Of a stretch of DNA of 64,000 bases, positions 54,791 through 64,000 are shown piece by piece (within the stretch, counting starts at the first letter, position 1; every line of letters starts with the position of its first letter). The DNA is taken from assembly GCF_009914755.1 (NCBI RefSeq), contig NC_060934.1, one strand, 5' to 3'. The stretch comes from the human T2T-CHM13v2.0 reference genome, Homo sapiens. The translations under genes and the position numbers were made by a program. The notes under the pieces were generated by a model. The model did no database searches. It was not told the origin of the DNA and saw nothing but the letters and a program-made list of their open reading frames with translations.

Positions 54791-54957
54791 GGTTTTTCTT
54801 TAAGTTTGTCCCTGTCTTCTTTCTTCTCAGTTTGTCTTCTTCCATTATAGCATAAGATGATCCATTATAGCCACTTCTTCATAACAGCTTCTTAATTAAC
54901 AGTTCATATTTTTTAATAAAGCAAATAGTGGTTTTATTCCATTAAAAAGGGCAACTT

Positions 54958-55541
54958 TGAGAGGTAAAGTCAGCTGGACTTCCTAGGTCGAGTGCGGACT
55001 TGGAGAACTTTTCTGTCTTACAAGAGGATTGTAAAATGCACCAGTCAGTGCTCTGTAGCTAGGAAGAAGATTGTAAAATGCACCAATCAGTGCTCTGTAA
55101 AAACACACCAATCAGAGCTTTGTAGCTAGCATGAGGATTGTAAAATGCACCAGTCAGTGCTCTGTAAAACGCACCAATCAGCACTCTGTAAAATGCACAA
55201 ATCAGCACTCTGTAAAACGCACCAATCAGCAGGATCCTAAAAGTAGCCAATCACAGGGAGGATTGAAAAAAGGGCACTCTGATAGGACAAAAACAGAACA
55301 AGGGGTGGGGACAAATAAGGAAATAAAAGCTGGCCTCCCCAGCCAGCAGTGGCAATCCACTGGGTTCCCCTTCCAGGCCGTGGAAGCTTTGTTCTTTTGC
55401 TCTTTACAATAAATCCTGCTACTGCTCACTCTTTGGGTCCATGCCATCTTTAAGAGCTGTAACACTCACCAGGGAAGGTCTGCTCCATTCTTGAAGTCTG
55501 CGAGACCACCAAGCCACCAGCAGGAACCAACTCTGGTCACA
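54958..55541 (+). mobile_element. LTR12F-like (ERV9) solo LTR
   Basis: tgagaggtaaagtcagctggacttcct...; repeats of gcaccaatcagcactctgtaaaa; aataaaagctgg; ends aactctggtcaca. Confidence 0.9.
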
Positions 55542-56309
55542 GTTTGTTTAGCTAACTGGTTATTAATTTATTTATGTATATATTTGCAAACTGGAGTTAC
55601 ATACCAAATGCCAAATTTTGTAATAGTAAAGCAATTAAGTAACTCTACTTAGTTAGTGACATGTAGGCAGTTAACCTCTGAATTCATTAAACTTATAAAA
55701 GAAAATAGCATTCCAGTTAACAGCTATAGGACCATGAGAAGAAAAAGTGAAAACTTAAAACATGACAGATTATGGTAAAATAATTCAAAAAGCAGGTACA
55801 GTTTTAGTTTTATAAAGTTGTGTACCATGGCTTCAGCGAAGTTCACAGGTAGAGTGAGAAAGTTATAAAAATGTTAATTTGTTTCAGTCAAAACAAATAT
55901 AAAATGAAGAGAAACATTTGTGAACAACTAAAGTGTTTAATACTACCTATAGAACAATAAAACGTGATGTCAACAGGTGGTAACCATGAGTATTTTCTGA
56001 ATAGGAATGCTCATAAATCTGAGAACCATCAGATTTATGTACATATATTCCATACATTTTCTTTATAGTTGATACTTTTGATTTTATGTAAATCACTGGA
56101 GATAAACCCACAACCTAGACACCTCGGGATTTTTTTTTTCCTTTTCTACGTCAGAATGAGAAAGGAGATTTTAAGGGGAGTAGAGAGGGAAAGAGAAGTG
56201 GTTGTTACTTAGAAGATCTTAAATAAATTTTATTAGTGTTGAAGAATGTTTACCTTGATTTGTGTGTGTGTGTGTGTGTGTGCACGTGGCTGGCTCTGTG
56301 AATCCATAA

Positions 56310-56490
56310 AAGAATAGATATCAACTTAGATTCCAAGTTGCCTCCAACTACTCATTCTACCACTTACAAGCCATGTGACCTTGGGCAAATTAATTTATTT
56401 GATCTTTAATTAAGTCACCTGTAAAATGGAAAATGCATTGGCACCTACCCCATAAGATTAAATTTTTACACGGGTAAACTGCTTAGAACA
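56310..56490 (+). mobile_element. MIR
   Basis: ccacttacaagccatgtgaccttgggcaaatta...cacctgtaaaatgg. Confidence 0.78.
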
Positions 56491-56509
56491 ACAAATATGC
56501 TATAATAAT

Positions 56510-56884
56510 TAATATGGTTTGGCTCTGTGTCCCCAACTAAATCTCACATTGAATTGTGATCCTGAGTTTTGGAGGTGGGGCCTGGTGGGAGGTGATTGAA
56601 TCATGGGAGTTGTTTCTAACGGATTAGCACCATCCCCCCAGTGCTGTCTCCTAATAGAGTTCTCACAAGATCTGGTTGTTTAATGGTGTGTAGCACCTCC
56701 CCCGCTTTTTCTCTCTCTCTCCTGCTGGCCGTGTAAGATGTTCTTGTTTCCCCTTGCCTTCCCCCTGAAGCATCCCCAGCCATGCCTACTGCATAGCCTG
56801 TGGAAATGTGCGTCAATTAAACCTCTTTTCTTTATAAATAGTCTCAGGTAATTCTTTATATCAATGTGAGAATGGACTAATACA
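56510..56884 (+). mobile_element. MSTA-like solo LTR
   Basis: taatatggtttggctctgtgtcccc...gagaatggactaataca; perfect TSD ataat. Confidence 0.92.
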
Positions 56885-57269
56885 ATAATTATTCAGATAT
56901 ATTAATATATTGGTTTTGTGATGATTATTATTTCTCATGCTTCTCTATCCTGTGCATCATCTTTTCAAATTCCTATTGAATATTTATATCAACAACATGA
57001 ACACTTTAACCATTGCATTTAACCTAGAAATCTTACTTAGGTATATTATTCTACACAAAGCCATCATTCTTGAGGAGGTATGTATAAGGTATTATATTAC
57101 ATAAAGAATAATCAAACAGTTGCCAATTGGAAAATGAATAGATATATTGTTGTCAATTCATATTGTGAAATTTTAAAAATAAATGGCTACGTTTCTGTAT
57201 TGACTCAGAAATGTCTGGATATACTGCAGTAACAAATAATCCCCAAATCTCCTTTTCTGAAAAATATTG

Positions 57270-59245
57270 ATCACTCAATAGACGCAGAAAAAGTATTTCA
57301 TAAAATTTAATATGTCTTCATAAAAACTTTCAACAGAGTAGGTATAGAAGGAATGTACCTCAATATACTAAGGCTATACATGACAGAACCACAGCTTACA
57401 TCATACTGAATTGAGAATAGCTGAAACCTTTCTCTCTAAGATCTAGAAAAAGAAAAAATTGAGTAAAGTTGCAGGATACAAAATAAACAACAAAAATGAG
57501 TAGTTTCCATCCACTAAGAGTGAGTTTCCTGAAAAAGAAATCAAGAAAGCAATCCCTTTTACAATAGCTACAATAAAATACTTAGATATAAATTTAACCC
57601 AGATGGTGAAAGATTTCTACAATGATCACTAGGAAACATTGATGAAAGAAATTGAAGATGACTCAAAAGAGTGGAAGGTACTCATGTTCATAGATTAGAA
57701 GAATTAATATTGTTCAAATGTTCATACTACCCAAGTGATCTACAGATTCAATGTCACTGCCATACTGCCATACAAGTAGATACATAGATGCATAGGATGG
57801 AATAGAAAGCCCAGAAATAAGCTCATACATCTACAGCCAACAGATACGTAACAAAAGTCCGCATACACACAATGGGGGAAATAACAGCTTTGTCATTAAA
57901 TGGTGCTGAAGAAACTGGATGTCCACATGCAAAAGAATGAAACTAGAGTCTTAATCACTCATCATATACAAAAATTAAACATTGGTTAAATACTTAAATT
58001 TAAGATTTAAAACTGTGAACTACTTCAGAAAACATAGGTAACAAAGGGAAAAAGCTTTTTGTCATTAGTCTAGATGAGAGGTTTTCAGATAAAACCTCAA
58101 GAGCACAGGCAACAAAAACCAATATAGATAAATGGGCTTACATCAAACTAAAAACTTCTTAACAGCAAAGAGCCAACCTACAAAATGAGAGAATATATTT
58201 GCAAACTATACATCTGATAAGAGATTTATATCCAAAATATATAAGCACTCAAAAAACTCAACAATAAAGATACAAATAATCCAATTTAAAAATGGACAAA
58301 AGAAGACCTGAATAGACATTTCTCAAAAGAAGACATACAAATGGCCAAATGTATATTAATAAATGTTCAGCATTGCTAATCATCAGAGAAATACAAATCA
58401 AAACTACAGTGACATATCATCTCACTCAAGTCAGAATGACTGCTATCAAAAAATCAAAAGATAACAAGTGTTGGTGAAGGTGCTGAGAAAAGGGATATCT
58501 TACACACTGGTGGTGGTAACATAAATTAGTACAGCCAATTATATGGAAGTTCCTCATAAAATTAAAACAGAGCTACCAAATGATCTAGGAATCTCACTAC
58601 TGGATATATATACAAAAGAAATGAAATAAGTTTGTTGACAAAATACCTGGATTCCCATATTCATTGCACTGTTATTCACAATAGACAAATATGAAATAAA
58701 TCTAAATGTTCATCAATGGATGAATGGTTAAGGAAAATGTGGTATATATGCCCAATGGAATACTACTGAACCATAAAAAGAATGAAATCCTGTCATTTGT
58801 AGCAACATGAATGAACACGGGGGGTATTATGTTAAGTGAAACAATCCAGGCACAGAAAAACAAATGCTGCATAATCTCACTCACATGTGGAATTTAGAAC
58901 GTTATTCTCATAGAAATAGAGAGTAGAATAATCGTGCCAGAGGATGGGGAGTGTGGTGGGGGCAACTGGGGAGAGACTGGTTAATAGGTACAAAGCCACA
59001 GTTAGATAAGAAGAATAAATTCTGGTGTTCTATTGCATAGCAGGCGACTAGAGTTAACAACATATTTCAAAATAGCTGGAGGAAAGGTTTTTGAATGTTC
59101 TCATCACAAAGAAATGATAAATGTTTAAGGAGATGAATTTGCTAACTACTCCTTTATGATCATTACATAATGTATACATGTATTGAAACATTACATTGTA
59201 CCCTATGGATATGTACAATTATTTCACGTCAATCATTAAAAAAGA
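57270..59245 (+). mobile_element. L1MA (MA4-like) 3' portion with internal deletions
   Basis: ORF2 C-terminal remnants and 3' UTR gaatgttctcatcacaaagaaatgataaatgttt...tgtacaattat; A-rich end. Confidence 0.9.
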
Positions 59246-60536
59246 ATCAAAGTGAAGGTTAAATGAAAACTTTTAAAAATGTTTACTGTATGGCCTGGGT
59301 TTAAATTTATTTTAAGAACATTATATGGACTTATGTGCAATATAAAATGTATTAAACAGAAATAGGGTTTGAGTGGGCCTTAATTTTTGAGAGTGTCTCT
59401 GAACTTACCCTGCCCACTTTGGCACCAAGTTGTATCCAATTTTTGGTAATGTCCTTCAAATTCACCTAATTCTTAGAATTTTCTAAATTTGATGTTAGAG
59501 TCCATGCTTTATAAAAAATAAAAGGATTAATTGAGACTGACTATGGAATGAGAATTGCATAAGTGATTCTGTACATTAGATTTAAACATATTCTCTATAT
59601 GGATTCCATGGTATACATTCATACTTATACCTAAAGAAATCCACACCAAATACAGTGGAGGCAAAAGGCTAGTCCTACCTTGTGGTCTAAAACATGGAAA
59701 TGCTTCAAACTAGCAGTTCCACTTAAATGGAGTTGAAAGACATAAAAAGGCAACGTGGGCATCTAATTGGATGGGATTAACCCCAGGCTGTGGAGAATGC
59801 AAATTGCTTGCAGCAATATATTGAATTTTTAAAACAGCAAAGTGGGATCATGGCAGGAGATGGGTTTGTAAGGAAGGCTAAATAATAGAAGCAATTTAAA
59901 TACCACAATCAGTTTAATGTTTGTACTTCTTTGCTTATGAAATAAATATACAATTTACTGTAACCTCATTATTATCATTCTTTATAAGATATTTTGTTTC
60001 ATTCTGTTATACAGATTTTTACAATACATTAGCATTTTTAAATAAAGCATTATCAATGGTACACCTTTAAAGTTCTTTTTTCATTCACTCATTTATTCAC
60101 TCAACAAAATATTCAGTGCAGATTATTAATTAAAAAAGCAGAGTTCCATTCTTTTTAGTTTCATGGTGTTCTTTATCTCCATGGATAATATATTATCAGT
60201 GGGCCTTCTTTGGCCTCCCAAAATGCTGGGATTACAGGCAGGAGTCACCACACCTACCTGATAATTTTTGTTATGAGTTATAGGAAATAACCTCTTTCTT
60301 TACCTCTTGTAAGAGGTAATCTTTCTCTACAAAAATGCTTCAAGTTAAAATTTATAACTTATTTCTGATTGGGTAGTCATAACCATAAAGTCCTGGAATC
60401 CACTTATGTTGGATTTCATGCAGTACCTTATAGAATAATGTAAAAAATGGTGTCAATTATCTCCCAGGGTAATTTTTGTATTTCTATACTATTTTACTTA
60501 AAAATTTATATCACCTCACTGATTCCTTACGGATGG

Positions 60537-60937
60537 TGTTATGGAGTGACTTTTGTCACCTCAAATTCATATTTGGAACTCCTAATCCCCAGAACCTCAG
60601 ACTGTCACAATGTTTGGAGAGAGGGTCTTAAAAGAGGTAATTAAGATTAAATAAAGTCATGTGGACCGCCTTAGTCAAATCTGACTGGTGTTCTACCAAG
60701 AAGAGGAGATTTGGACACACAAGAAGAGATACCAGGGACACATGGATGTGGACAAAAACCATGAGAAGACATAATGAGGAGGCGGTTGTCTACAGGCCAA
60801 GAAGGGAGGCATCAGAGGAAACCTTAATCTTCAGAACTGTGAGAAAATACATTGGGTTTTCTCAATGGGTTGAGGTGAGGTTGTTCAAGCCACTCAGTCT
60901 GTGGTTTTTCTCAGTGCAGCTCTAATAACTGAATATT
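60537..60937 (+). mobile_element. MLT1B-like solo LTR
   Basis: tgttatggagtgacttttgtcacctcaaattcatat...ccccagaacctcag; TSD gatgg. Confidence 0.85.
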
Positions 60938-62639
60938 GATGGGTATGTAAAGACTTTTAGCCAAAACAAACAAACACATAGCACAAAGCACTGCTTTCTT
61001 ATTATGTAATTAATTAAGTTCAGTAAAGTGTAAGACAAAGTTAGATTTTCTACAATGAACATGAGCTTGTTCCACATAACAAATTACACATTTGAAGGGA
61101 CCTGGAAAGGAATAGATTGGTGACCACAAGGAAAACGAAAATTAGGGCAGGTCAAAACCAGCAACACCACAACATTAACCAGAAAATCTTGGAAACCATG
61201 AAAAGAAAGTGGTTGCTCAGGGCGAACTTTCCATTACACTGGAATTTTTGACTACATTTAAGGGCAAAACATAGGTTGGCGGGTTTTTTGGGTTCTTTTC
61301 CTAAAAACATGCTGAGGAACTCTTACTTTTGGAAATAAAGTGGCTGCAATGGGAGCTACAACAAAAGCTCATTTTGAGAATACTAAAACATTGCTAAAAT
61401 ATTCAACTTATTTTGCTATTGTTCAGTGAAGTGTTTCAAACTTTCCTACTGAGCACTTCATGTTCAATCCCTAATGCAAATAGATTCAGTTCCAATTCAT
61501 TTCATCCCCATGTTTTACTTATTTGTATCCTACTGAGTGATTTTTGATGCCAGATATTCTCTTCTTCTCCTACATTTTGTATTTTATCTTTTCAATTTCC
61601 CACTGAGGAGTTTGCTAGATATCCTGTCTAGCAATAAGTTACATTTAAATAAGTACTATATTTTTGGAATTCTAATGGTCAGTGACCATTCAGCTGAAAA
61701 GATAAAAAATTCTCTTTAAGATATGCATAAAGGAGTTATAAATGTGATAGATTAATTCTGACCTTTTAATAGGATTGATTACACTATTTTTTAAAACAAT
61801 CCCTTAAAATCTCTGAATGTTGATTGCTGCTCATAGGAGAAAGTTGTGTTCTTCATGAGCACTACCAGATATCTATTGGTAATTAATACTGGATTCTCAT
61901 TAATGATACACAAAAGAATACATTTTGAAAGTTATTTGAAAAATCTAATCAGTTGAAGCTTTTTTCCATGTAGGAATTAGACTGAGAAAATCCTCTTTCA
62001 TTCACTCGTATCAAAAGTGGTAGATATCTGAATGCCGGCCTAGTGGTTTTGCATTTCTCTGTGCTTTCTGTTAAACTAAGTTCTAAGAAGGCTTTCAGTC
62101 ACAACTTATTGTTTCGTTGGAAATCTTTAGACAACAGAAGAAAAGCAAAGCAATGTATTTAAAGAACAAAAAAGATGAAATTAGGTGGTGAACTTTTGAG
62201 GAAATATTAGTAGAGAGGATAAATTTCTTGTTACCTGGGAAGCAATGCTTTCTTCATTAAACTTACACCCATAATAAAAATACAATCTGTTTACTATTAT
62301 TATTGTAATATGTATTTCCTAGGCAACATTGAACTAGAGCTACAAATAGGATCACAGCAATAGCCTTAGATAGTGTCACTCTAGTTTTGCTTTTCTTCAC
62401 TTTTGTAGGAATTTTACCATCCCTTTAAATGACACCTTCAAAGTTTTCTTTCTACAATTATTGCTCAAAATATGCTATCACATTTTAATTTATTTTATGT
62501 TTAAGAAAGAAATTTCTTATTCAGTAGGCAGGAGAGTGCATTTTAAAGACATTGTAGTTAATACAGCATGTGACAGCTTATGTCAATGACCAAAGAAGAT
62601 CAATGATGCAATAGAATGGGAAGACTGATTTTGTAGACA

Positions 62640-64000
62640 AGCCTATCAAAAAAATGGCTGAACAAGAATTCTTGGAGAAAAGATAGACATGAGTGACAAG
62701 AAGCAATTATAAATATATTGGTATATATTCTGACTGGTAGATGTGGTCTTAGGTACTAATGGAAATTATCTTCTAATTGTTCAAATTTTCCTTCAGGGAA
62801 ACCAAAGCCATGTTCTTTAGAGATGAGAGACTATGTCAAAGGAAGTGATATAAGGTTGAGGAGAAAGGAAAACATGCAAAGTAGTTGAGTGTGGGGATTG
62901 AATCAATTGGGGAGCTGAGATCTGATTATCCAGTGCCATGAAAGGTCCACATCATAAATTTAGAGTCCATTCAGCATGGTTAAATGTTTTAGTCTAGAAC
63001 TATTCAGTTGCAAGACAACAGACATAGTGCAGGTGAAATGTGGATATTTGTTACGGGGGTATGACAAAGAGAGTCAGAAGATTTGAGGATGTTTGCATGA
63101 GAGGGAGTCACCAGGCAATAAAAGCTAAAAAAGGAAAGAGAGGATGTAAGAAAAAAGAAGGCAGTGAAAGGGTGGTAAATCAGCAAGAAGAGTTGATTCG
63201 TTTATGAAAGTGTCGCCTTTATTGGTAATGACAAAGTCTAAGAAGATATGACCATGGGAGTGACTCGTGAGGCCAGATGCATAGAGTCATGATTGCAGGA
63301 GAGGCCAGGTTGTAGAAAGGATTGTCTATATCAGGATTTCTCAATGTGAACACTATTCACATTTTGGGCTGGATAATCGTTTGTTGTGGGATTTTGTCCT
63401 GTGCTTTGCAGAATGTTTAGCAGAGTCCCTGACCTCTGTTCACTAGATGTTAATAGCATCACACCCCATGCCCCAGTTGTGACAGCTTAAAATATCTCTA
63501 AACATGGCCAAATGTCTCTGGGGCGGCGGGGGAGGGGGGCAACTCATTCCCAGTAAAGAACACCATTAGATATACATGCATATCACCCCAAAATGAAAAT
63601 TGAAAATCACTAAGAATGAAAATAGGAGTGATGTCAGAGAGTGACAGTAAGTCAGAGTCCAAAATTTAAAATGAAGATGGTACTGTTGGATCACATGAGA
63701 TTTAAATCAGGAATGTTGAGAATGGTGAATAAGAAGGGAGAGAGTGGTCTGGATGTGTGGAAATGAAAACCTCAGTTCCAGGACAAGAGATAAGAGGATA
63801 CTGAAAGAGAAAAGAGCAATTGCTAAAGATACTCTTGAAAGAAAGGGCTGCAAGGGAATCTCTATATACAGACGAGAGTCAGATTTAGTAAGAGAAGAAG
63901 AAAAGAAAATATGCAAAGAGAAGGTGAAGGCTATGGAAGATTTTACTGATGATGAAAATAGAGTATCAGAAATGTGCAGTATTAGGGTTCAGGAATCAGT
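62640..64000 (-). mobile_element. L2 fragment, interrupted by MER20
   Basis: purine-rich + strand typical of antisense L2 (gaagatatgaccatgggagtg, gagagtgacagtaagtcagag). Confidence 0.55.
63332..63567 (-). mobile_element. MER20 (hAT-Charlie)
   Basis: cactattcacattttgggctggataat...gaatgtttagcag...ccagttgtgacag...gccaaatgtc. Confidence 0.88.

Noticed and set aside
63519-63540. G-rich run as a G-quadruplex
   Set aside because: Only three tracts of three or more G; an expanded G-run within MER20.

Overview
AT-rich, repeat-dense primate genomic DNA (AluY and LTR12C suggest catarrhine, probably human). I can support no protein-coding gene, RNA gene or CRISPR array. Nearly every listed ORF falls in an Alu, L1, THE1/MST, LTR12 or low-complexity sequence. 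The main structural result is a ~6.9 kb inversion (about 25790-32700), read from three split elements. A Tigger4 DNA transposon has its 5' part on + (16823-18400) and its directly continuing 3' part on - (31211-32639). The 3' tip of a THE1 LTR is displaced and flipped with it. An L1 ORF2 fragment is broken at the same motif at both breakpoints. Several microhomology-type deletion junctions accompany the inversion. Other points: a back-to-back LTR12C/LTR12F pair, a clean 66-nt candidate exon just behind a THE1 LTR, a Pbx-Hox/Meis/Fox motif cluster in unique DNA, and repeated reuse of Alu target sites. Repeat family names come from my recollection of consensus sequences, not from a search, so subfamily calls are tentative. 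I found no new gene system.
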